This document shows, in pieces, positions 28,116 to 37,389 of a stretch of 64,000 nt of DNA. This DNA comes from Fidelibacterota bacterium. Its GTDB lineage: Bacteria > Fidelibacterota > Marinisomatia > Marinisomatales > Marinisomataceae. The notes beneath the pieces were generated by a model. That model was given only the letters and a program-made list of their open reading frames with translations. It had not been told where the DNA came from and did not search any database. The position numbers were made by a program, and so were the translations under genes. The stretch spans positions 5,049 to 69,048 of the forward strand of contig JAYPYG010000003.1 of assembly GCA_038280095.1 (NCBI GenBank), in the 5' to 3' direction. Within the stretch, counting starts at the first letter, position 1, and every line of letters starts with the position of its first letter.

Positions 28116-29339
28116 GTGAAATCAAAATTCCAGAAAATTAAAGGAACTTATGATATACTTCCGCCGGAAAGTAAAAAATGGAATACAGCTATTTCAATTC
28201 TTCAATCATTAAGCGAACAATTTGGATATGAAGAAATCAAAACTCCAACAATTGAAAATATTGATTTATTTAAACAAAATATTGGATATGAAACTGATGT
28301 TTCAAAGGAAATGTTTTCTTGGGAAGATCCTTCTGGCAATCAATTAGTTTTAAAGCCTGAAATGACTGCTCCTGTTGTTAGAGCGTACATCGAATCAGGA
28401 TTTTTTAGAAGCAAACCTTTGTGCAAACTATTTTATATTGATGCTTTATTTCGTAGAGAAAAACCGCAAAAAGGAAGGCAAAGACAATTTCATCAATTCG
28501 GGATAGAAGCACTTGGATCTTCTGAGGTTGAACAAGATGTAGAGGTTATTCTTTTGGCAACAAAAATATTATGTCATTTAGGCATTTCAAATACAACTCT
28601 TCAAATAAATGATATTGGTAATTATGAAACTAGAAAAAAATATCAGGAAAAATTGAATGAATACTTTTCAGATTATAAATCTAGTCTATCAAAATTATCT
28701 CAAAATAGATTAGGAAATAACTCTTTACGCATTCTTGACAGTAAAGAAGAGGAAGACATCGAAATCATTAAAAATGCTCCATTGATAAAAGAATTTTTAA
28801 CAAAGGATGAATTAAATAACTATTCATCACTTTTAACTCACTTAGACGCATTAGAAATACCTTACAAAGAAAATGGTCATTTAGTGAGAGGGCTTGACTA
28901 CTATAATGGAACTACGTTCGAAATTTCAAATATGTCATCAAAATCACAAAATGCGCTACTTGGTGGTGGAAGATATGACAATTTGGTTGAAAGCATGGGT
29001 GGTCCATCTACACCTGCTGTCGGGTTTGCTGCAGGTATTGAAAGACTTTTAATTGAATCATCAACGGAAGATAAAAATGAAACAATAGATTTTTTCATTG
29101 GTTTTGAATCTCACGCTGAAAGCGCTATTAAGATAGCAAATCAATTAATTGATGAAGGTTATTCCCTTTATATTGATACTTTAAAAAAATCTGAAAAGAA
29201 TCAGTTAAAAAATGCAATTAAAATGAATGCAAGTTTTTACTTAAGATGTGATGAATCAATTAAGCTAAAAAACTTGACTTCAAAAGAAGAATTAGTTGTA
29301 AATAATATTTCAGAGCTCAAAAAATTTATAAAATTGTAA
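28116..29339 (+). CDS. hisS: histidyl-tRNA synthetase
   Basis: GTG start. KGTYDILP, motif 2 FRREKPQKGRQRQFHQFGIE, and motif 3 GGGRYDNL...PAVGFAAGIERL. Confidence 0.9.
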   Translation: MKSKFQKIKGTYDILPPESKKWNTAISILQSLSEQFGYEEIKTPTIENIDLFKQNIGYETDVSKEMFSWEDPSGNQLVLKPEMTAPVVRAYIESGFFRSKPLCKLFYIDALFRREKPQKGRQRQFHQFGIEALGSSEVEQDVEVILLATKILCHLGISNTTLQINDIGNYETRKKYQEKLNEYFSDYKSSLSKLSQNRLGNNSLRILDSKEEEDIEIIKNAPLIKEFLTKDELNNYSSLLTHLDALEIPYKENGHLVRGLDYYNGTTFEISNMSSKSQNALLGGGRYDNLVESMGGPSTPAVGFAAGIERLLIESSTEDKNETIDFFIGFESHAESAIKIANQLIDEGYSLYIDTLKKSEKNQLKNAIKMNASFYLRCDESIKLKNLTSKEELVVNNISELKKFIKL

Positions 29340-29345
29340 CCCAAT

Positions 29346-29373
29346 AATTTATATTTATATATAAATATAAATT
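29346..29373. repeat. perfect 28-nt all-A/T palindrome (AATTTATATTTATA|TATAAATATAAATT)
   Basis: Verified base by base as self-complementary. It begins 7 nt after the hisS stop and ends 1 nt before a TTGACA hexamer. Confidence 0.9.
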
Positions 29374-29374
29374 T

Positions 29375-29404
29375 TTGACAAATACTCTTCGATTTGTGTA
29401 AGTT
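29375..29404 (+). promoter_or_regulatory. candidate topA promoter TTGACA-18-TAAGTT
   Basis: Hexamers at 29375-29380 and 29399-29404, 10 nt upstream of ATG 29415. An alternative reading is a Bacteroidota-type TTTG element. Not verifiable here. Confidence 0.3.
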
Positions 29405-29414
29405 GCCAACCAAT

Positions 29415-31847
29415 ATGTCAAAAAATGAAAAACTATTAATTATTGTAGAGTCTCCATCAAAGACCAAAACAATATCAAAATATGTAGATAATGCATCAGT
29501 TATTGCTAGCGTAGGTCACTTCAAAGATCTTCCAAAAAAAGATATGGGAATAGATATTGATAATGATTTTGCTATGCAAATAGAAAGTATGCCTGATAAG
29601 AAAAAGTTTCTATCTCAATTAAAAAAAGAGGTGAAAATCGCTGATCGTATTTTAATTGCCACTGACCCAGACCGTGAAGGTGAAGCAATTGCAGCAGATA
29701 TTGCATCTGAAATCAAAGGAGATATTGAAAGAGTTGAATTCACTGAAATAACAAAACAAGCTGTGTTAGAAGCAGTTAATAATTCTCGAAAAATAAATTA
29801 TGATTTGGTAGATGCTCAACGTGCCAGAAGAGCTATTGACCGTATTGTTGGTTTTTCATTTTCTCCAGTACTTTGGAAAACATTAAGATCTTTAAAAAAT
29901 AAAGGATTATCAGCTGGTCGTGTACAATCAGTTGCTCTAAAACTATTGGTTGATCGTGAAAAGCTTAGAAATAAGTTTATTGAAAATAAATTTTATGCTA
30001 TTGATGCAAATATTTCGGAAGAAAAAAGCGGTGAAATTTTTAAGGCATCATTAGTTTCATATAACGGAAAACCTGTTGCTAAAAGCGATGACTTTGGAAA
30101 ATATGATTTTGGTTTAAAAAATGATAATATTATTCAAGTAGATCAAAAATTAGCAGAACAAATAAAAGAAGAATGCAATGCTAATGATTGGTTAGTTAAT
30201 AATATTGAAAGTAAACCAACTTCCAGCTCTCCAGCGCCGCCGTTCACCACAAGCACGCTACAACAAGATGCTTCAAGAAGATTTGGATTTTCTCCAAAAA
30301 GAACAATGGTAGTTGCACAAAAACTTTATGAACAAGGATTTATTACATACATGAGGACTGATTCTACCCATCTTTCGTCTGAAGCATTAAATGCTTCCAA
30401 GAAATTTATAGAAAGCAGTTTTGGGAATGATTTTTTATCTGAAAAAACGAATATCTATAAAAATAAAGTTGCCAATGCTCAAGAAGCTCATGAAGCTATT
30501 CGTCCAGCAGGTACAGCATTTAGGAAAGTTGAAGATGTTCAAAAAATAGGTGCTGATGAAGCAAAGCTATATGAATTAATTTTAAATAGAACAGTTGCTT
30601 CTCAAATGAAACCTGCACAATATATTCGAACAAACGTTGAAATTCATAATGGAACATCTATCTTTAAAGCAAGTGGGAATGTTACAGTATTTAAAGGTTA
30701 CACTTTAGCTTATGAACAAGCTTTGACAAGAAAAGATAAAGGCAGACCTGATAGCCTACCAGCTTTAGATAAACAATCCAAAATTCAAAGCAAGGAAGTA
30801 TTGCTTGAAGAAAAAACAACATCTCCTCCTAGAAGATTTTCAGAGGCTATGTTAGTTAAAGAAATGGAAACAAGAGGAATTGGAAGACCTTCTACTTACT
30901 CTGCAATTATAGAAAAATTGTCACAAAAAGAATATGTTGTGAAAAAAAATAAAACTCTAATACCAACTTTTGTTGGAATAGCTGTATCACAACTATTAGA
31001 AAACCATTATAATTCATTATTCAATGAAAGATTTACAGCTGATATGGAAAATCGTTTGGATGCTATATCCAGATCTGAAAATTCATACTTAGAAGTATTA
31101 AAAGAATTTTATTATGGTAATAATGACTACAAAGGAGTAGCAAAATTATTAGACGAAGAAGTAGATATTGCAAAGGCATGTACTGTAAATGTAGAAAAAG
31201 ATTTAGATATTAGAATCGGCAAGTTTGGTCCATATGTACAAAAAGATGGTAATAATACAACTATTCCTGAAGATTTATTTTTTGGAGAGCTAAACAAAAA
31301 GAAATTAGACGATCTTGATAGTATGCAGAAAGAGAATAATATTATTGGAGTACATACTAATGGAGAAAATATTTTATTAAAAATTGGTAGATACGGACCA
31401 TATGTCGAACTTGAAGAAAGTAAAAAAAGAAAGTCTGTTTTAAAAAGCATTGGCATAGAAAATGTCACACAAGAGATAGCTATCGAATTATTAAGTCTTC
31501 CAAAAAAATTAGGTACTCATCCAGAGACAGATGAAGATGTTTTAGCTGATTTTGGACCATATGGTCCTTACGTTAAGTGTGGTAAAATAAATGCATCAAT
31601 GAAATCAGATGAGAGCCCATTAACAATAACATTAGAAAATGCTGTAAAGTTAATTAAAGATAGAAAGCTAAAATTTGAGCCAAAAGTACTTGGTGAACAT
31701 CCCAAAACTAAAATTGAGATATCAATCAAAAGAGGGCGATTTGGACCATACGTTACCGATGGAAAGAAAAATGCGTCTTTAAAAGGATATGTAGTTGATG
31801 AAGTCACTTTGGATCAAGCAGTACAATTAATTGACGAAAAATCATGA
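29415..31847 (+). CDS. topA: DNA topoisomerase I
   Basis: TOPRIM LIIVESPSKTKTISKY, DPDREGEAIA, and active-site region ITYMRTDS. The C-terminus has repeated GRFGPYV/GKFGPYV/GRYGPYV elements that lack the zinc-finger Cys residues. Confidence 0.93.
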   Translation: MSKNEKLLIIVESPSKTKTISKYVDNASVIASVGHFKDLPKKDMGIDIDNDFAMQIESMPDKKKFLSQLKKEVKIADRILIATDPDREGEAIAADIASEIKGDIERVEFTEITKQAVLEAVNNSRKINYDLVDAQRARRAIDRIVGFSFSPVLWKTLRSLKNKGLSAGRVQSVALKLLVDREKLRNKFIENKFYAIDANISEEKSGEIFKASLVSYNGKPVAKSDDFGKYDFGLKNDNIIQVDQKLAEQIKEECNANDWLVNNIESKPTSSSPAPPFTTSTLQQDASRRFGFSPKRTMVVAQKLYEQGFITYMRTDSTHLSSEALNASKKFIESSFGNDFLSEKTNIYKNKVANAQEAHEAIRPAGTAFRKVEDVQKIGADEAKLYELILNRTVASQMKPAQYIRTNVEIHNGTSIFKASGNVTVFKGYTLAYEQALTRKDKGRPDSLPALDKQSKIQSKEVLLEEKTTSPPRRFSEAMLVKEMETRGIGRPSTYSAIIEKLSQKEYVVKKNKTLIPTFVGIAVSQLLENHYNSLFNERFTADMENRLDAISRSENSYLEVLKEFYYGNNDYKGVAKLLDEEVDIAKACTVNVEKDLDIRIGKFGPYVQKDGNNTTIPEDLFFGELNKKKLDDLDSMQKENNIIGVHTNGENILLKIGRYGPYVELEESKKRKSVLKSIGIENVTQEIAIELLSLPKKLGTHPETDEDVLADFGPYGPYVKCGKINASMKSDESPLTITLENAVKLIKDRKLKFEPKVLGEHPKTKIEISIKRGRFGPYVTDGKKNASLKGYVVDEVTLDQAVQLIDEKS

Positions 31848-32197
31848 CAAAAAATTTATATTTATTGTTTTTAAGTACAGTTTTATTGCTTGGATTTCAA
31901 TCTTCTATTGAAGAACGCTTATATACACTTAATAGAGATCTTATGTGTCCAGTCTGTGATGGGCTGACCTTAGAGCAATCTCAAGCTGCGCCCGCCCTAG
32001 AAATGAAAGACGAAATTAAAAAAATGGTGATTCAAGGAATGTCTGATGAAGAAATTAAAGAACATTTTGTACAAAAATATGGTATTGAAATACTCGCTAA
32101 CCCTCCAAAAAAAGGTTTTGATACTCTAGTTTGGCTCGCACCTCTATTTTTTGGTTTTTTTGGAATAGTTTTTCTGTACAGATATATTTTTTCTTAA
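31844..32197 (+). CDS. ccmH: cytochrome c maturation protein CcmH/NrfF family
   Basis: Signal/anchor, then LMCPVCDGLTLEQSQAAPA (the CXXC motif of CcmH), ...YG..ILANPP, and a C-terminal TM helix. ATGA overlap with the topA stop. Confidence 0.8.
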   Translation: MTKNLYLLFLSTVLLLGFQSSIEERLYTLNRDLMCPVCDGLTLEQSQAAPALEMKDEIKKMVIQGMSDEEIKEHFVQKYGIEILANPPKKGFDTLVWLAPLFFGFFGIVFLYRYIFS

Positions 32198-32209
32198 ACT
32201 CTATACGAA

Positions 32210-33646
32210 ATGAGTGTAAAACATTTAGATAAAATTGTTTCTCTTTGTAAACGTAAAGGCTTTGTCTTCCCAAACTCTGAGATTTATGGAGGATTAAAAG
32301 CGTCTTACGACTATGGACCTCTTGGTGTGGAATTAAAAAAAGCTATATCTGAAAAATGGTGGAAAGCTATGACGTACAATTCAAACATTGTTGGGCTTGA
32401 TAGTTCTATTATGGTTCACCCAGATGTATGGGAAGCAAGTGGACATATCGCCAACTTTAATGATCCTATGACGGATAATAAGGACTCCAAAAAACGTTAT
32501 AGAATTGACGATTTGTTATCCCAGCAAAAAAGTAAAGTTATTGATGCCCTATGTGAAATACTGTCTATTGAAAATAAAAATGATAATGACACTCTTGATA
32601 AAATCAGTCACACTTTACTTCAAGAATCAGATAAATATAGTATTGCTTTAGAATCAGCAGGAGTTATTGATCCATTTTCAGGAAATATCGGAAAATGGAC
32701 CCCAGCTACTCAGTTTAACCTGATGTTTCAGACAAATTCAGGTCCATCAGAAAAATCTGGTAAAAGTATTTATTTGCGTCCTGAAACAGCTCAAGGGATT
32801 TATATTAATTATTTATTAGTTCAAAATTCTATGAGATTAAAAGTTCCATTTGGTATTGCTCAAATTGGAAAAGCCTTTAGAAATGAAATTATTGCAAGAA
32901 ATTTTATTTTTAGAACAAGAGAATTTGAACAAATGGAAATGCAATATTTTGTTCACCCATCAGAAGATGAATCATCAATGGAGCATTGGAAAGATAAAAG
33001 AATTAGCTTTTATTCTGAAGAATTAGGAATCAGCAAAGATAATTTAAAATTTCATCAACATTCGGAAGATGCCCTTGCTCATTATGCAAAAGATGCTTTT
33101 GATATTGAATATAATTTCCCATTTGGTTGGGGTGAAGTTGAAGGTATTCATAATAGAACAGATTTTGATTTAAAAGAGCATGAAAAATTATCTGGGAAAA
33201 ATATGATGTATTTTGATGCACTTAAAAATGAAAAATATCACCCTTTTATCATTGAAACATCTACTGGCTTAAATCGACTATTTTTAATGACTCTTTGTGA
33301 ATCTTATTATGAAGATAATGAAAATAATAGGACTGTATTAAAACTGCCTTTTGATTTGGCTCCAAATAAAATTGTAATTTGTCCTTTGCTTAAAAAAGAT
33401 GGTCTTCCTGAAAAAGCCAAAGAAATATATGATTCAATAAACGCGACACATAAATGTGTGTATGATCAACAAGGTTCTATTGGAAAAAGATACTATAGAC
33501 AAGATGAAGCAGGAACTCCTTTTGGAATTACCATTGATCACGAAACCTTAGAAGATAATTCTATTACAATTAGAGAAAGGGATTCAATGGAACAACATAG
33601 AATACCAGTTGATAACATTTTAAAATTCATTTCAGAAAATAAATAG
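32210..33646 (+). CDS. glyQS: glycyl-tRNA synthetase (homodimeric GlyQS type)
   Basis: KRKGFVFPNSEIYGGLKASYDYGPLG N-terminus, LRPETAQGIY, and FRNEI..R.FIFRTREFEQMEMQYF. Confidence 0.92.
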   Translation: MSVKHLDKIVSLCKRKGFVFPNSEIYGGLKASYDYGPLGVELKKAISEKWWKAMTYNSNIVGLDSSIMVHPDVWEASGHIANFNDPMTDNKDSKKRYRIDDLLSQQKSKVIDALCEILSIENKNDNDTLDKISHTLLQESDKYSIALESAGVIDPFSGNIGKWTPATQFNLMFQTNSGPSEKSGKSIYLRPETAQGIYINYLLVQNSMRLKVPFGIAQIGKAFRNEIIARNFIFRTREFEQMEMQYFVHPSEDESSMEHWKDKRISFYSEELGISKDNLKFHQHSEDALAHYAKDAFDIEYNFPFGWGEVEGIHNRTDFDLKEHEKLSGKNMMYFDALKNEKYHPFIIETSTGLNRLFLMTLCESYYEDNENNRTVLKLPFDLAPNKIVICPLLKKDGLPEKAKEIYDSINATHKCVYDQQGSIGKRYYRQDEAGTPFGITIDHETLEDNSITIRERDSMEQHRIPVDNILKFISENK

Positions 33647-33660
33647 TACAGGAGAAAAGT

Positions 33661-34389
33661 ATGCGCTCTGCTAATCCAGCATTAAATAATAACACTTTTA
33701 GAAATACAAGACGAGTTAGCGGTGAGCAAGCTATGTCTATAGACGGTACAGTAAATAAAACTGCATTAAGTCTACTTTTGGTCATGACATCTGCGATCTA
33801 CACATGGAATAATCCTGAAGTTGGATTGGCTTTATTTTGGCCTGTTACTATATTTACTTTTGTTTTATTAATGATTACAATTTTTAATAAGAAATCTGCC
33901 CCAATTACAGTCCCATTATATTGTTTAGCTGAAGGACTGGTTTTAGGTGGAATCTCCGCCTATGCTAATGCATTATATCCTGGGATTGCTAATCAAGCAA
34001 TCGCATTAACATTTGGAATTTTGGCAGCTCTATTATTTTTATATAAAAGTAGGCTAATTGCTGCTACAGAGAATTTTAAATTAGGAGTTTTTTCTGCTAC
34101 TTTTGGTATACTCATTGTATATTTATTAAATCTTATTCTATCCTTGTTTGGCTTCTCTTTCATGGGGCCATTATTTGGCAACGGATTAACAGGAATTTTA
34201 TTTTCTCTCTTTGTTATTGCAATAGCTTCTTTAAATCTTGTATTAGATTTTGATTTTATTGAAAATGGAGCTGAACAGGGCGCTCCAAAATATATGGAGT
34301 GGTATGCTGCATTCGGACTGATGATTACTCTGATCTGGCTTTATATCGAAATACTCAATCTTCTAATGAAACTTAGAAGTAGAAGGTAA
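33661..34389 (+). CDS. Bax-inhibitor-1/YccA-like membrane protein
   Basis: MRSANPAL N-terminus, seven hydrophobic helices, 242 aa. RBS caggag upstream. Confidence 0.7.
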   Translation: MRSANPALNNNTFRNTRRVSGEQAMSIDGTVNKTALSLLLVMTSAIYTWNNPEVGLALFWPVTIFTFVLLMITIFNKKSAPITVPLYCLAEGLVLGGISAYANALYPGIANQAIALTFGILAALLFLYKSRLIAATENFKLGVFSATFGILIVYLLNLILSLFGFSFMGPLFGNGLTGILFSLFVIAIASLNLVLDFDFIENGAEQGAPKYMEWYAAFGLMITLIWLYIEILNLLMKLRSRR

Positions 34390-34410
34390 TTATTCTCTCT
34401 CTTTAAATTA

Positions 34411-34439
34411 TTGACATATACACCACTTTAAACTAAGTT
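34411..34439 (+). promoter_or_regulatory. candidate promoter TTGACA-17-TAAGTT for the TonB-dependent receptor
   Basis: Uses the same two hexamers as the topA candidate. It would leave a leader of about 80 nt containing a 6-bp hairpin GCACTT-aaaatg-AAGTGC (34460-34477). Confidence 0.3.
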
Positions 34440-34526
34440 ATATCCACTAAGGGTATATTGCACTTAAAATGAAGTGCGTACCGAACGATTTATATTAATA
34501 ATATGTACATAAACAAAGGAAATAAA

Positions 34527-37316
34527 ATGAGAAAGCTATATAACATGCTAGCATTAGTAGTTGCTATCTCCGGCTTTATGTTTGCACAAGGTTCAGTTTC
34601 AGGTACAGTTACTGATGGAAATGGGAATGCCCTATTTGGTGCTAACGTAACAGTTGAAGGTACAGCGTCTGGTGCTGCAACAGGAGCTGATGGTTCTTAT
34701 TCAGTCGACGGTGTTACAAGTGGAACATATACTGTTACTGCTTCATACATTGGATACGAATCCGCCAGTATTTCTGTAAATGTAGATGGTGCTTCTACTG
34801 CTAATTTTTCTTTAGCATCTAGCGCTGTGGCTGGGAACGCTGTTTCTGTCCTTGGTTCTAGATTTTCAAGAAATGTTGATGAACAAGCTGTTCCAGTTGA
34901 AGTAATTACTGAGCTTGAAATTCGTGCATCTGGTTTCACAGAGACCAATGAACTTTTGCAAGCCTTAGTTCCATCCTATAATTCTCCGAAAGGTTATATT
35001 ACTGATGGTTCTGACCACATGAGACCAGCAACCCTAAGAGGTATGGCTCCTAATCAGACTCTTGTACTTGTAAATGGTAAAAGACGTCACCAAGGTGCTT
35101 TAGTTCACGTTAATGGTTCTGTTGGTAGAGGATCTACACAAGTAGATTTAAACGCTATTCCTGCGAGTGCAATTGAAAAGATTGAAGTACTTCGCGATGG
35201 TGCTGCCGCACAATATGGTTCAGATGCAGTAGCGGGTGTTATAAATCTTGTACTTAAAGAAACAGGTGGATCAGATGTAAGTGTAACTTTTGGACAAAAC
35301 TTATCTTACTTTGAAAGAGGATACAATGCTGGAGAGGGCTTTATTGATGGTCAAGATGACACTACTTACGGTTGGGATGTTAACGAAAACGATGGTATTG
35401 GTTATCAACCGTATACAGCTGATAGAGGCTGGGCACGTCCAGGTGTTGAAAAGGTTCTAAAGAAAGATGGTAAAAATTTAATAGTTCATGGTGGAACTGG
35501 TCTAAATGTATTAGGTGGAAATTTATACGTTAGTGGTCAATTCCGTGATGGTGGAAGAACAAATCGTGCTGGTCTTGATCCAAGAAGGCAATATTTTGCT
35601 GGAATGGATGAAGAGGAACGTGCATTTAACAGAGAAAATCACCGAATTGGTGCAGGTGCTTTTGAACAAGTTAGTTTAATGTTCAATGGTAGTTTTCCAA
35701 TGGAAAGAGGTACTTTATATGCCTTTGGTGGAATGAATACACGTGATGGTGAAAGTGGATGTTATTACAGAAGAGCCCAAGATAATAGAACTCTTCGTGC
35801 ATGGTATCCAGATGGATTCTTACCGCTAATTAGCCCAACTCTAACAGATACATCTGTGGCTGTGGGTATGAAGGGCTTAATGAGCAATGGAATGGCTTAC
35901 GATGTTAGTGTTAATACTGGTAGTAATGAATTTGCATGGGGCATGGTAAATAGTCACAATGCAACTGCTGGTACCGGTCCTAATCAACAATCAGAATTTG
36001 ATTTAGGTACACTAGGCTACAGCCAAACGACTGTGAATGTTGACATGAGCACTCAGAGAGATATGGCAGGTTTTGTTGGTCCTGTAAGTTTAGCATTTGG
36101 TGCAGAATTAAGAATGGAAAACTATGAAATCGAAGCTGGTGAAGAAGCTGGTTATACAGACTATGGCTATGATGTCTTAGATGGTCCTAATGCTGGTGCT
36201 TCAGCTGCTGTTGGTTGTCAATGTCTTCCTGGTTTAGCACCTACTAATGAGCAAGATCGTGATAGAGAAGCTGTTAGTATTTATGCTGAAATGAGTGGTA
36301 ATGTTATGGAGGAATTACAATTAGATGTTGCTCTAAGAACTGAAAATTACAGTGACTTTGGCTCAACAACTAATGGTAAAGTTGCGATGAGATATGAATT
36401 AGCTGATGGAGTTGCAGCTAGAGGTTCCTTTAGTACAGGATTTAGAGCTCCAGCACTTCAAGAAGCATACTTCTCATCAATAGCCACAAACTTTATTGAT
36501 GGGGTACCTCTAGAAGTAGGTACTTTCCCTGTTGATACTGAAGCTGCAAGAGCACTTGGATCAAAAGATCTAGAGCCAGAAACTTCAACAAATATCTCAG
36601 CAGGAATGACTTATAAAGATGAACAGTTCTCACTCTCAGTTGATGCTTATCAAATCAATGTTGATGACCGCATTAGCATGAGTGAAACTTTCAGAGGAAG
36701 TGGTGCTACATCTGATATGGTTACATTCTTTGAAGAAAGAGGTGTTCCAGCTTCAGGTGGAAGATATTTCTTTAATGGTATCAACACCGAAACAAAAGGA
36801 CTTGATATCGTTGCAACTATGAGACAAGATGTTGCTATGGGTTCATTAACGCTGAAAGCGGCAATGAACTTTAACGATACTGAAGTTACAAACAAAGATG
36901 ATCTTGTTACTCCAGATGAACTTGCTGCATACACAACCAGTCAGTTATTAGGTAGACAAAATACAGTCAGATATGAAAGTTCATCTCCAAAAGAAAACTT
37001 CCAATTTTCTGCGATGTTGCAAAAACCGACATCAACATTAATGGCGAAGTTAAATCGTTGGGGTGAAGTAACTATCCCTGCATCTTCAGTTGAAAGAGAG
37101 CAATTTCTAAGTTCAAAATGGACTGTAGATATGGAATATTCTTTCCAATTAAATAGTCAAGTTAGAATGGCACTAGGTGTAAATAACTTGCTAGACGAAT
37201 ATCCTGACAAAACTGTGAAAATAAACAGTTTTAATGGAATTTTCCAACATTCAGGATATAGTCCATTTGGATTTAGTGGTAGATACATCTACACTCGTTT
37301 AGATATGAATTTGTAA
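34527..37316 (+). CDS. TonB-dependent outer-membrane receptor with N-terminal carboxypeptidase-regulatory-like domain
   Basis: Starts at ATG 34527 (RBS aaagga) with signal peptide ...GFMFA|QGSVSG. CarboxypepD_reg-like GTVTDGNGNALFGANVTVEG...YTVTASYIGYES. Plug motifs NQTLVLVNGKRRH and IEKIEVLRDGAAAQYGSDAVAGVINLVLK. Long barrel. Confidence 0.88.
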   Translation: MRKLYNMLALVVAISGFMFAQGSVSGTVTDGNGNALFGANVTVEGTASGAATGADGSYSVDGVTSGTYTVTASYIGYESASISVNVDGASTANFSLASSAVAGNAVSVLGSRFSRNVDEQAVPVEVITELEIRASGFTETNELLQALVPSYNSPKGYITDGSDHMRPATLRGMAPNQTLVLVNGKRRHQGALVHVNGSVGRGSTQVDLNAIPASAIEKIEVLRDGAAAQYGSDAVAGVINLVLKETGGSDVSVTFGQNLSYFERGYNAGEGFIDGQDDTTYGWDVNENDGIGYQPYTADRGWARPGVEKVLKKDGKNLIVHGGTGLNVLGGNLYVSGQFRDGGRTNRAGLDPRRQYFAGMDEEERAFNRENHRIGAGAFEQVSLMFNGSFPMERGTLYAFGGMNTRDGESGCYYRRAQDNRTLRAWYPDGFLPLISPTLTDTSVAVGMKGLMSNGMAYDVSVNTGSNEFAWGMVNSHNATAGTGPNQQSEFDLGTLGYSQTTVNVDMSTQRDMAGFVGPVSLAFGAELRMENYEIEAGEEAGYTDYGYDVLDGPNAGASAAVGCQCLPGLAPTNEQDRDREAVSIYAEMSGNVMEELQLDVALRTENYSDFGSTTNGKVAMRYELADGVAARGSFSTGFRAPALQEAYFSSIATNFIDGVPLEVGTFPVDTEAARALGSKDLEPETSTNISAGMTYKDEQFSLSVDAYQINVDDRISMSETFRGSGATSDMVTFFEERGVPASGGRYFFNGINTETKGLDIVATMRQDVAMGSLTLKAAMNFNDTEVTNKDDLVTPDELAAYTTSQLLGRQNTVRYESSSPKENFQFSAMLQKPTSTLMAKLNRWGEVTIPASSVEREQFLSSKWTVDMEYSFQLNSQVRMALGVNNLLDEYPDKTVKINSFNGIFQHSGYSPFGFSGRYIYTRLDMNL

Positions 37317-37342
37317 TTTCATAAAAACGATTAAAAAAAAAT

Positions 37343-37372
37343 AAAAAGCCTCTATTTTTTTAGAGGCTTTTT
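37343..37372. terminator. bidirectional rho-independent terminator
   Basis: Perfect 12-bp stem AAAAAGCCTCTA / TAGAGGCTTTTT with a TTTTTT loop, flanked by an A-run and a T-run. It lies 27 nt after the receptor stop. Confidence 0.85.
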
Positions 37373-37389
37373 ATTTATCTTATTGAGAT

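Noticed and set aside
34440-34526. Riboswitch in the TonB-receptor leader (for example cobalamin or TPP)
   Set aside because: I see only two short hairpins (ATATCC-actaa-GGGTAT and GCACTT-aaaatg-AAGTGC). I cannot find a B12 box, a TPP CUGAGA element, or any other conserved riboswitch core. An Rfam scan would be needed to be sure.
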